DNA from: Bacteroidales bacterium | Lineage (GTDB): Bacteria > Bacteroidota > Bacteroidia > Bacteroidales > UBA932 | DNA: 64,000 bases | NCBI GenBank assembly: GCA_045638645.1 | Contig: JAZUBU010000015.1 | Location: 121,646-185,645, forward strand | Direction of reading: 5' to 3' | In this document: positions 56,498 through 64,000 of the stretch, in pieces | How positions within the stretch are numbered: position 1 is the first letter of the stretch | Layout: every line of letters begins with the position of its first letter | Notes under the pieces: model-generated | Database searches by the model: none | What the model saw: the letters and a program-made list of their open reading frames with translations, nothing else | What the model was told of the DNA's origin: nothing | Position numbers and translations under genes: made by a program

Positions 56498-57943
56498 ATG
56501 AGAAAAATTATTGTTGTTGTGTTGGCAGCGATGTTCCTGCTGCCGTTCACCGGAGCCGCTCAAGCATTGAAAGGCAGTTATTTCTTGGACAATTCTGCCC
56601 AAAGAAACCAAATGAACCCGGCTTTTGCTCCAAGAACGAATTATGTGATGATCCCGGCTGTTGGCGACTTCGGGCTGGGTCTGCTGTCGAATCTGGATAT
56701 TTCGACTTTCCTGTATCCGATGGACGGTCAGCTGGCAACATTTCTGCACCCCTCGGTGACGGTGGAACAGTTCGATCGGGCGTTGGCTAAACATCCCCAT
56801 TTGGATGCAGAGTTCGGAACGAACTTGGTGAATTTTGGTTTTTATACCCAGCAGGGATCGTTCTGGACTTTTGACCTTTCGCTCCGTACCGGACTGGATG
56901 TGGACCTCCCCCGGGATTTGTTCATGTTCATGAAGAAAGGTACCGGCCTGGACGCGGAGACGTTCAACATTGCCAACATCAATGCCTATGCTACGGCTGC
57001 GGTAACCGCTTCGTTGGGTTATTCCCGGAAGATCGGTGAGTCGTTGCGTGTGGGAGCACGTGTCCGTTTCATTGCTCCCGTTGCGTATGCCGAACTGAAC
57101 CTGGACAACGTCCGGCTGATGACGGGAAAAGAAAAGTGGGAAGTGAAGACCGATGGTTCTCTCCATGCAGTCATGCACGGGTTGGATATTTCCATGCCTG
57201 AAAATGGATACATGCCGGATATCCGTTTTGATCTGAATCGGCTCATGGAAAACAAGGTCCTGGCCGGTTATGGAGGATCCATTGACTTGGGTGTTGAGTG
57301 GAAGCTCAACATCGGTAGTCTCTTCGATGGTCTGTCCGTTTCTGCATCCGTGACCGATTTGGGCTGGATCCAATACAAAAAAGGGGCCCAACAAACCTTT
57401 GCTACCCAAGGTAGTTTTGTCTGGGATGGATTCCAGGATGTGGACCAGCATTTTGATTTCAATGGAGCCTTGGACGAAGTCCTGGATGATGCAAAAGCCT
57501 TGATGAATATTGAGAAAAAAGAAGATGCGGAACAGTTGGTCCGTTCAACCATGCCGCGCGTGTATGCCGGGGTGGAAGTGCCTTTCTGTTGGGACCGCAT
57601 GAGTGCCGGTCTGCTCTATTCCGGTCGGTTCAGCCACAGCTATTACAGACAGGAGTTGACAGCTTCCTATAATTTGAAGGCTTTCCGTTGGTTGTCCTTG
57701 GGGGTAAACTATTCGTTCCTGAACACGGCCAAGACCATCGGATGGATTCTGGAAGTGACACCGAAAGCCGGGATGAACTTTTTCATCGGGGGAGACTATC
57801 TGCCGACGGAATGGGCATCGGCCCCGATCCTGGACAGTTTGATCACCATGCCGGACTTCCTGGTTCAGAAAGGACATGCTCATCCTTATTTGCCCATGTC
57901 CTACCGGTTTAACCTGCATTTCGGGATGTCGGTTGCTTTCTAA
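56498..57943 (+). CDS. hypothetical outer-membrane beta-barrel protein
   Basis: 481 aa. Starts 4 nt after the upstream stop. Signal peptide ending FTGAAQA. N-proximal NQMNPAFA motif, alternating amphipathic strands and an aromatic C-terminus HFGMSVAF. Confidence 0.65.
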   Translation: MRKIIVVVLAAMFLLPFTGAAQALKGSYFLDNSAQRNQMNPAFAPRTNYVMIPAVGDFGLGLLSNLDISTFLYPMDGQLATFLHPSVTVEQFDRALAKHPHLDAEFGTNLVNFGFYTQQGSFWTFDLSLRTGLDVDLPRDLFMFMKKGTGLDAETFNIANINAYATAAVTASLGYSRKIGESLRVGARVRFIAPVAYAELNLDNVRLMTGKEKWEVKTDGSLHAVMHGLDISMPENGYMPDIRFDLNRLMENKVLAGYGGSIDLGVEWKLNIGSLFDGLSVSASVTDLGWIQYKKGAQQTFATQGSFVWDGFQDVDQHFDFNGALDEVLDDAKALMNIEKKEDAEQLVRSTMPRVYAGVEVPFCWDRMSAGLLYSGRFSHSYYRQELTASYNLKAFRWLSLGVNYSFLNTAKTIGWILEVTPKAGMNFFIGGDYLPTEWASAPILDSLITMPDFLVQKGHAHPYLPMSYRFNLHFGMSVAF

Positions 57944-57984
57944 TATAAGGAATGGTACATGGGATTCATCAAGGATCCCAGGAG

Positions 57985-58017
57985 AAAGGGGATGACGATT
58001 GCGTGATCCCCTTTTTT
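57985..58017. terminator. terminator between the convergent beta-barrel gene and rmuC
   Basis: Stem AAAGGGGAT / ATCCCCTTT with a 12-nt loop, followed by a T-run on the plus strand. Confidence 0.7.
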
Positions 58018-58061
58018 ATATGCTGTCCGGGCGAAGCGGGTTTGGGTCCACGACCGGCGTG

Positions 58062-59351
58062 TTATTCGGTGCAAGTGGGCAGTGCATTCTTGCCGGAGGG
58101 TGCCTGAATGCCGTGGTCGATGGCCCGAAGGGCCGCTTTGACAATGCTCTGTTTGCCTTCGACCAGCCGTTTGGAATTGGTCTTGAAGCCATCCAGAACC
58201 TGCTCCAGGTCTTTTTCAAGGACGGCATTGGCATGGCAGAAAATGCCGACCCGTTCGACCATATCCTGGGCGGCACAGACGATTTCTGCGATGTTTTCCA
58301 TTTGTTCTTTCTGAACCCAAGCGGTGCGGATGAGGCGAAGGAATGGAATGAGGGTCTCTTCGGTGGTGATGAGGACGTTCTGTTTGAAGGCTTTGGCAAA
58401 GATATCTTTGTCTTCCAGCTTGGCCAGTTGGTAGGCTCCGTAGTTGGGAATGAACATGATGATGTAGTCGAGCGCCCGACGGCCCACGACGTATTTCTGG
58501 TATTCCTTGCTGGTCAGCTCCTTGATGTGCCGTTCAATGGATTCCAGGTTTCGTGCGGAGGCTGCGGCCCGTTCTTCTTCTGTCTCGGCAGCGAAGTAGT
58601 CCGCCAAGGCGGTCAGGGATACTTTGGACTCGATGAGGATGTCGGTGTTGTCGGGAAAGTGCAGGGCAAAATCAGGACGCATGCTTTTGCCGGTTGCTTC
58701 GTTCACGATGCGGTTCCCTTTCTTGTCCCGCAGGTAGAATTCTGCGTGGTAGTCGTGACCTTCCCGCAAACCTTCTGCCTGAAGGATGTTTTCCAGGATG
58801 GTTTCTCCGAAGATGCCCTGTACCTTGCTTTGCCCTTTGAGGGCCTTGGCCAGGTCATCGGCGGTAGCGCCGATGTGGTCGGTCTGTTCTTTCAGGTGCC
58901 GGACCGTTTCTGCAAACTGGGTCCGGATGGAGGAGGACTCTTCGGTGTGCGTTTTTTTCTGGGCTTCGAAGGCCTCTTTCATGGCCCGGATATGCTGGTC
59001 CAATCCTCCGGTAATTGTTTTGAGGGTTTCTGCCGCCTCTTTCTTCAGGGATTCTTCGCGGGCTTTGAGGGTTTTTTCGTTCTCCAAAGCAAGGGCCGTC
59101 CGGGCGGCCTCAATGGCTTTCGCATGGCTGGACTTCAGCTCGGCCAGCATGTGTTCGTATTGGTACCGCTCGTTGTCGCGTAAGGTCTCTGCGGTGCGTA
59201 GATCGGCCTCGCTCCGGATCAGAGAGGCTTCGCATTCGGCGAGTTGCCGTGTGAGTTGGTGGATTTCGTGGCTTTTCTGAGAGTTCTGTTTCCAGAGCAG
59301 AGCCGTGGCCAGGAGGGCGATGATGACAAGGACGATGAGAATGGTGTTCAT
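58062..59351 (-). CDS. rmuC: DNA recombination protein RmuC
   Basis: 429 aa. N-terminal TM helix, a long coiled coil, and the RmuC C-terminal nuclease-like domain (RPDFALHFPD...MFIPNYGAY). Confidence 0.9.
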   Translation of the reverse strand: MNTILIVLVIIALLATALLWKQNSQKSHEIHQLTRQLAECEASLIRSEADLRTAETLRDNERYQYEHMLAELKSSHAKAIEAARTALALENEKTLKAREESLKKEAAETLKTITGGLDQHIRAMKEAFEAQKKTHTEESSSIRTQFAETVRHLKEQTDHIGATADDLAKALKGQSKVQGIFGETILENILQAEGLREGHDYHAEFYLRDKKGNRIVNEATGKSMRPDFALHFPDNTDILIESKVSLTALADYFAAETEEERAAASARNLESIERHIKELTSKEYQKYVVGRRALDYIIMFIPNYGAYQLAKLEDKDIFAKAFKQNVLITTEETLIPFLRLIRTAWVQKEQMENIAEIVCAAQDMVERVGIFCHANAVLEKDLEQVLDGFKTNSKRLVEGKQSIVKAALRAIDHGIQAPSGKNALPTCTE

Positions 59352-59355
59352 GCTA

Positions 59356-59363
59356 CAAAGTTA
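59356..59363 (-). promoter_or_regulatory. -7 box TAACTTTG for rmuC (near-leaderless spacing)
   Basis: Plus strand reads CAAAGTTA. Only 4 nt lie between the box and the start codon at 59351. Confidence 0.4.
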
Positions 59364-59442
59364 GGAAAACTAACTTGTAAAATTTGGTACAAACTTTGTC
59401 AAATTCGTTGTGGGTGGTAATGAATGAATAACCCCATAAGCA

Positions 59443-60039
59443 ATGAAAACGATGAAGAAACTACTTTATTTGATGGTGGGTCTAGTCTTCGCAGCAGCTT
59501 GCGAGAAAGAACCCTATGAACAGGATCCGGATCACGAATACCTCGTCTATACTGAGCCGGCCGAGGATGCAGACTTTGCCTCGTTTGCAACTTTTTATCT
59601 GCCGGACAGTATCCTGGTGATGAGCAGTGCTCAGGAACCTTATTATTCCACTTCGTACTATGCGACCGCTCTTTTGGGCGAAGTCCGTGACAACTTGAAA
59701 CATTGCGGTTATGCGCAGGTGACAGACCGCTCCCAGGCAGACCTGGGGGTTCGCCTGACCTACCTGGAACGCATGGACCGCTATTTCCATTATTACGACA
59801 ATCCGTTCTGGTGGGCTGGATACCCCGGTTTCTGGACTCCCAGTTACCTGAGAACCGCCAATGCACTCGTTCTGGAACTGCTGGATCTTTCCACCGCGAC
59901 GGGCAGCCCGACCGTCTATCCGATTGCCTGGTCGGCCTATCTGGGTGGACCCGCCAGCTCGAGCCTTTATTACGATGTCCAACGGATGCAGGACGCCATT
60001 GACCAGGCGTTCGTCCAATCCCCTTATCTCGAACAATAA
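59443..60039 (+). CDS. DUF4136-like lipoprotein
   Basis: 198 aa. Lipobox FAAA|C followed by EKEPYEQD. The size and the DLGVRLTY pattern resemble DUF4136. By-eye assignment only. Confidence 0.55.
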   Translation: MKTMKKLLYLMVGLVFAAACEKEPYEQDPDHEYLVYTEPAEDADFASFATFYLPDSILVMSSAQEPYYSTSYYATALLGEVRDNLKHCGYAQVTDRSQADLGVRLTYLERMDRYFHYYDNPFWWAGYPGFWTPSYLRTANALVLELLDLSTATGSPTVYPIAWSAYLGGPASSSLYYDVQRMQDAIDQAFVQSPYLEQ

Positions 60040-60057
60040 TCTTTTACAACGAGTATC

Positions 60058-60669
60058 ATGAAAAAATATACATTACCCCTGTTGCTGCTGATGGGCGTGG
60101 CCCTCTCAGCTGGGGAAGCCAATGCCCAAGTAGGCAAGCGTACCTACATGAACCTGGGCTGGCAAATCAATGGAACCCTGTACAACGATTTTGTACAAAA
60201 TGTTCAAGGCTACGGTATCTATCTGCAGAGTGGCTACTACCTGAATCCCTGGATCGCCATCGGTACGTTCAGCCATTTCAGCAACAACGAAACCTACCTG
60301 GAAAAACAAACCTATCCGCTGCGGGATGGAGCGGCGCTGACCACCGATGTACAACGGAATTTGTATCAGAATGCCTTTGGCCTGTCCATGCGTATGCGTT
60401 TGTGGCCGTTGGAACTCCAGCCGTATGTGGAGGCCAAAGTGGGTGCAGAATATGCTTCGTATAGTACATATTTCTCCCATTACGTGACCCGGGAAACCGG
60501 ATGGGGCTTCTATGTCTCTCCGGAAATAGGTCTGATCTACTATCCTTTCACAGGCTCAGATACAGGTTTGCATCTGGCGATGTATTACAGCTATACAACG
60601 GATACGCAGGCTACGTTCAATCCCTGTGGTTTGAACAACTGGGGCTTCAAACTGGGTATGGTCTTTTAG
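60058..60669 (+). CDS. small outer-membrane beta-barrel (porin-family) protein
   Basis: 203 aa. Signal peptide ending EANAQ. Alternating aromatic strands. C-terminus WGFKLGMVF. Confidence 0.65.
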   Translation: MKKYTLPLLLLMGVALSAGEANAQVGKRTYMNLGWQINGTLYNDFVQNVQGYGIYLQSGYYLNPWIAIGTFSHFSNNETYLEKQTYPLRDGAALTTDVQRNLYQNAFGLSMRMRLWPLELQPYVEAKVGAEYASYSTYFSHYVTRETGWGFYVSPEIGLIYYPFTGSDTGLHLAMYYSYTTDTQATFNPCGLNNWGFKLGMVF

Positions 60670-60698
60670 CCGGTGGCCGCTATTCTATGGAAATTTCT

Positions 60699-60706
60699 TA
60701 CATTTG
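60699..60706 (+). promoter_or_regulatory. -7 box TACATTTG for galM
   Basis: Exact match, 21 nt upstream of ATG 60728. Confidence 0.45.
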
Positions 60707-60727
60707 CTAAAAATAAACAAGCTGACC

Positions 60728-61810
60728 ATGACAACAAAGGCCATTACTCGCTCGGGATTGGATCCCCACCGTTTCCGTACACAATTGCAAGGAAAAGAAA
60801 CGGATTTGTACATCCTCCAGAACCAACAAGGGATGGAGGTCTGCATCACCAACTTTGGCGCACGCATCGTTTCGATCTGGGTGCCCGATCGGGAAGGAGT
60901 GTTCCGGGATGTGGTACTGGCGTTTGACAACATCGGGCAATTTGCAGACAAAGAACACAGCCCTTCCGATTTTGGGGCGGTGATCGGTCGCTATGCCAAC
61001 CGGATTGGGGAGGGTCATTTGGAAATTGATGGAAAGACCTACCAACTGCCGCAGAATAACTTTACCCACTGTTTGCACGGGGGACCGGATGGTTGGCACT
61101 ACCGGGTTTTTCAGGCGGAACAACCCGATGCACAGCACCTGGTGTTGACCTTGGAGTCTCCGGACGGTGATGCAAACTTCCCCGGTAAAGTCCATGTCCA
61201 AGTTATTTACCACCTGACAGAGGACAATGCCCTGGAAATTCATTATGCCGCGGAGAGCGATGCCAAGACGGTCATCAACTTGACCAACCACTCCTATTTC
61301 AACCTTTCCGGTGATCCGAACCGGACCATTGCGGACCATGAACTCTACCTGAACGCGGACCGTTATACCCCGACCGGAAAAACGTTCCTGCCGGTTGGAC
61401 GCATCGATCCGGTAGAGGGGACTCCGATGGATTTCCGCCAGGCTCATCCGGTCGGAAACGATTTGAAGAATTTTGACTGTGAGCAGATTCTCAATGGCAA
61501 TGGCTTTGACCACAACTGGTGTCTCAACACGGAAGGGGATGCCACTTGTGTAGCGGCGGCTGTGCGCTGTCCGAGCACCGGCATCGGGCTGGAGATCCTG
61601 ACCACAGAACCCGGTATCCAGATCTATACGGGCAATTTCCTGGATCATTCGGCCGTCGGTAAAAAAGGGATTTCCTATGGTCCCAATACGGCCATCTGCC
61701 TGGAAACCCAGAAATATCCGGATACGCCGAACCATCCCGAGTGGCCCAGTGCGGAACTCTCTCCGGAGCGTCCGTACCGCAGTCAGACGGTCTTCCGCTT
61801 TGTAAGATAA
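60728..61810 (+). CDS. galM: aldose 1-epimerase (galactose mutarotase)
   Basis: 360 aa from MTTKA. Contains GRYANRIGEG, LHGGPDGW, NLTNHSYFNL and CLETQKYPD. Confidence 0.9.
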   Translation: MTTKAITRSGLDPHRFRTQLQGKETDLYILQNQQGMEVCITNFGARIVSIWVPDREGVFRDVVLAFDNIGQFADKEHSPSDFGAVIGRYANRIGEGHLEIDGKTYQLPQNNFTHCLHGGPDGWHYRVFQAEQPDAQHLVLTLESPDGDANFPGKVHVQVIYHLTEDNALEIHYAAESDAKTVINLTNHSYFNLSGDPNRTIADHELYLNADRYTPTGKTFLPVGRIDPVEGTPMDFRQAHPVGNDLKNFDCEQILNGNGFDHNWCLNTEGDATCVAAAVRCPSTGIGLEILTTEPGIQIYTGNFLDHSAVGKKGISYGPNTAICLETQKYPDTPNHPEWPSAELSPERPYRSQTVFRFVR

Positions 61811-61824
61811 TTCTATCCACGATG

Positions 61825-61859
61825 ACTCCCCAAAAGCTGCTGCTTCTGGGGAGTTTTTT
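61825..61859 (+). terminator. rho-independent terminator downstream of galM
   Basis: Stem ACTCCCCA...TGGGGAGT with additional inner pairs, followed by TTTTTT. Confidence 0.8.
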
Positions 61860-61917
61860 GATGGGAAGCCGGCTTCGTTTTCTGTCACAAACAGCATCAG
61901 ACTACGATTCAAGAGGT

Positions 61918-62823
61918 ATGAAAAATAGATTCTTTTACCCCTTAGTCGCCTGGTTGGCGCTGTTGTTTGCCATTTCTTGTTCTGTCTTGCACAAAACTCA
62001 GATCGAGAGCGTCGGACAGTTGTGTGAGCGCGTCGATACCCTCAGTCGGTTTCCGGAAAAGGTTCTGGAGATCCTTTCCGAAAGCCGTCGGGAGCGCAGT
62101 CTTTATTTTACAGCCACCTTGCATTCGCCCGATTTGCGGGTGAACGAGTTGAATGGAATTGCGGATTTTCAGATCCGGGAAGAAAAGGCCGTTCAGAAGT
62201 ATCTCGCTTATTCGGAGGTGCTGGAACGTTATTTCCGTAATTTGAAAAGCCTTTGCGCTCCTACACGCTACGAACAATTCGGCGTGGAACTGCGAGGACT
62301 CGGCCGGCAGGTAGACTCCCTCATTCACCACTACAACCGCCTGGGCATGGGAATGGAATTGCCGGAAGGTTATGCCAAGTTGTCCGGCAAACTGCTCGGT
62401 CAGGGGGCTGAGACGTATGTGCGACGAAAACAGGCTGTGTCGGTTCGGGATTATGTTCAAATGGCGGATACCCTCGTCGGTATGTATTGTGACACCTTGG
62501 CCCGCCTTCTGTCTTCGGATCCGATGAAGGCCTGGGTGGAACACGAGAAAGCGGAATTGGCGGATGAATATGCAACCTATCTCCAACTCTGTTCTCCCAA
62601 GTCAGGACGGGAGGAGGATCGTGCTTACCTGAAGCTGCGTCGTAAGCTGCTTGATGCAGAGGCCTTGTTGCGTAAAGGAAAGACGGCTCTGACATCGCTG
62701 AAGAAGGCCCATCACAAGCTGGCTTTGTCATTGAACCAGCGTTCGGAAATCGATCAGGTGTACACCGAGATCGTGGAGTTCAATGCCCATGTGTCGGACC
62801 TGAAGGACCTGTTGGGCAGGTAG
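61918..62823 (+). CDS. hypothetical alpha-helical lipoprotein
   Basis: 301 aa from MKNRFF. Lipobox FAIS|C. Helix-rich, with no recognisable domain. The upstream part of the ORF-track call crosses the galM terminator and was trimmed. Confidence 0.5.
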   Translation: MKNRFFYPLVAWLALLFAISCSVLHKTQIESVGQLCERVDTLSRFPEKVLEILSESRRERSLYFTATLHSPDLRVNELNGIADFQIREEKAVQKYLAYSEVLERYFRNLKSLCAPTRYEQFGVELRGLGRQVDSLIHHYNRLGMGMELPEGYAKLSGKLLGQGAETYVRRKQAVSVRDYVQMADTLVGMYCDTLARLLSSDPMKAWVEHEKAELADEYATYLQLCSPKSGREEDRAYLKLRRKLLDAEALLRKGKTALTSLKKAHHKLALSLNQRSEIDQVYTEIVEFNAHVSDLKDLLGR

Positions 62824-62857
62824 CTCCGGTCCTCCAGCAAAAGAAAACAGCAAAAAG

Positions 62858-62889
62858 AAAACGGCCTCACAAATTGTGAAGCCGTTTTT
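62858..62889. terminator. hairpin between the convergent lipoprotein gene and tRNA-Lys (bidirectional terminator candidate)
   Basis: Stem AAAACGGCCTCAC / GTGAAGCCGTTTT with one mismatch. T-run downstream on the plus strand and TTTTCTTTTT downstream on the minus strand. Confidence 0.7.
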
Positions 62890-62965
62890 TGGTGGACCCT
62901 CAGGGGCTCGAACCCTGGACCCCAACATTAAGAGTGTCGTGCTCTACCAGCTGAGCTAAGAGTCC
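62890..62965 (-). tRNA. tRNA-Lys (anticodon CTT), CCA encoded
   Basis: Reverse complement reads GGACTCT TA GCTC AGCTGGTA GAGC A CGACA CTCTTAA TGTTG GGGTC CAGGG TTCGAGC CCCTG AGGGTCC A CCA. This gives a full cloverleaf with a 7-bp acceptor stem, the GGTTCGAGCCC T-arm and the anticodon loop CT-CTT-AA. Confidence 0.9.
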
Positions 62966-62980
62966 ATCCTTTTGAGACAA

Positions 62981-62988
62981 CAAAGGTA
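62981..62988 (-). promoter_or_regulatory. -7 box TACCTTTG for tRNA-Lys
   Basis: Plus strand reads CAAAGGTA, 15 nt upstream of the mature tRNA 5' end at 62965. Confidence 0.5.
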
Positions 62989-63019
62989 CAGTCTTTCCCT
63001 GAAATCGCAAATATTTTTT

Positions 63020-64000
63020 TTAATTTTTTATATCAATCTCATCAATAAAGATGAATCCTTCGCCGCCAGCACCCAGGTGCCATTCCGGGATGGTACCGAA
63101 ATTCTTGGCGAATACCTTGATGTAACGGGCTTTCGGGGTGTTGCAACATTGGGTGTTGGCATCGCCTGTTGTGCAAGCTTTCCAACCCAGATCAATGACT
63201 TGCATTTCGTAATCCTTGATGTCCACTTGGTGGGTGTAGCGACCCAGGGGGGTGAAATTCACACCATCTTCCGAAATGGAGAATTCAACGTATGTCGGCA
63301 TCCAGATCCAGGAACGGACATCTTGCAGGAAGCCGGCCGTGATGGCAGTGACCGGTTGTACGCTTCCGATATCCACGATGGCTTCAAAATCGGTGCGTTG
63401 GAAGCCTTGCCAGCCGCCGGTGCGCCAATTGATGCGTCCGCGAACACCATCCACCAATCCCCGGTCTCCTCCCGCATTGTATTGCGGATTGTAATTGGAA
63501 AGGATTTGGATGCTGCGGTCGCTACGGAGTTTGGTTACGGTGGTCTCGGTTACAAAGCTGCGTTTGCCTTGCGGAGATATCGCGTAAGCGCGGAGAATAC
63601 AGGTTTGATCCACGACGAAGGGGCCGGTGTACCGTTTGTATTGCGGTTGCTCGCCCCGGTTCAGGATGAGGCTGTACCAGATTTCGTTCGTGGCATCGTA
63701 GGAACCGATGGATACGGAGGTCCGGTCGTCAAACATCGGGGTTTCAACCTCAAACCAGGGATTGCCCACCAGGTTGCTTTCGATGGCGGTATGTGGACGG
63801 TTTTCTGCTTCGATTCCCAAAGTGTAGTTGGGAGTCTTGCTGAGTTGGATCCGGAAATTACCGCCGTTGAGGATGTCTTGGCTGGTCAGGAACATCCGGC
63901 TGTGGGTCTGACCATTCAAGCGCATGCTGCCGATGTACGGGAAATTCAAAATGCCTTTTGCGGTACAGTCCGGTTGGTCGCAGAGGGTGTAGTCAGCTTC
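63020..64000 (-). CDS. glycoside hydrolase, C-terminal part (CHB_HEX_C-like plus F5/8 type C/discoidin-like domains; possibly GH20 hexosaminidase), 5' end outside window
   Basis: The frame stays open to the window edge; the ORF-track start at 63949 is only an internal TTG. YKRYTGPFVVDQTCILRAYAISPQG resembles the chitobiase/hexosaminidase C-terminal domain. The terminal WHLGAGGEGFIFIDEIDIK resembles discoidin-domain ends of Bacteroides glycosidases. Confidence 0.55.
   Translation of the reverse strand, partial: EADYTLCDQPDCTAKGILNFPYIGSMRLNGQTHSRMFLTSQDILNGGNFRIQLSKTPNYTLGIEAENRPHTAIESNLVGNPWFEVETPMFDDRTSVSIGSYDATNEIWYSLILNRGEQPQYKRYTGPFVVDQTCILRAYAISPQGKRSFVTETTVTKLRSDRSIQILSNYNPQYNAGGDRGLVDGVRGRINWRTGGWQGFQRTDFEAIVDIGSVQPVTAITAGFLQDVRSWIWMPTYVEFSISEDGVNFTPLGRYTHQVDIKDYEMQVIDLGWKACTTGDANTQCCNTPKARYIKVFAKNFGTIPEWHLGAGGEGFIFIDEIDIKN

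Noticed and set aside
57999-59183. 394-aa plus-strand ORF antisense to rmuC
   Set aside because: Antisense shadow ORF. It crosses the predicted terminator hairpin at 57985-58017 and has G/F/V-rich nonsense composition.
60707-61912. 401-aa minus-strand ORF opposite galM
   Set aside because: Antisense to a clear aldose 1-epimerase, and it runs through the galM terminator.
61741-61917. N-terminal extension of the helical lipoprotein ORF
   Set aside because: It overlaps the galM 3' end and reads through the strong terminator at 61825-61859. The Met at 61918 gives a canonical signal peptide and lipobox.

Overview
Dense chromosomal segment with about 58 CDS, one tRNA and very short intergenic spacers. 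It comes from a Bacteroidota (Bacteroidales-like) genome. The taxon call rests on recurrent TAnnTTTG -7 promoter boxes upstream of genes, the absence of Shine-Dalgarno sequences, many lipoproteins with acidic residues after the lipid Cys, and Bacteroidales-type gene content (rseC-rnfBCDGEA, fucIAKP, a DUF4249/TonB-receptor pair, a FISUMP lipoprotein). Most of the window is housekeeping: LptF/G permease, alaS, two tandem M23 peptidases, MerR, a Nif3 + zinc-ribbon pair, dnaB, the Rnf complex, a TrmH-like methyltransferase, glyA, rpsO-pnp, apbE, LemA-TPM-TPM, phoH, capA, gcvT, leuS, ettA, a CCA-adding enzyme, holA, folE, a PduO-type adenosyltransferase, an L-fucose operon, rmuC, galM, tRNA-Lys(CTT) and the 3' part of a glycoside hydrolase. 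Two envelope modules have no assignable function and are the best candidates for undescribed biology. (1) At 52999-57943, a 1164-aa very acidic predicted surface lipoprotein is tightly coupled to a 481-aa outer-membrane beta-barrel. (2) At 20442-24826, an AT-richer four-gene operon encodes a 76-aa lipoprotein, a DUF4249-like lipoprotein, a Cys-rich orphan lipoprotein and a short TonB-dependent receptor. This operon is preceded by a repeat-rich leader and a decayed beta-barrel gene relic. Other oddities: an M28-like domain with three of five metal ligands substituted, fused to a TonB C-terminal domain; an Arg/Asp/Glu-rich tail on PNPase; tandem AraC-type regulators behind a perfect 18-bp palindrome; a fuc operon without an adjacent regulator gene; and several convergent gene overlaps. 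I saw no CRISPR array, rRNA, transposase or integrase. All family assignments come from by-eye motif recognition, not from database searches.
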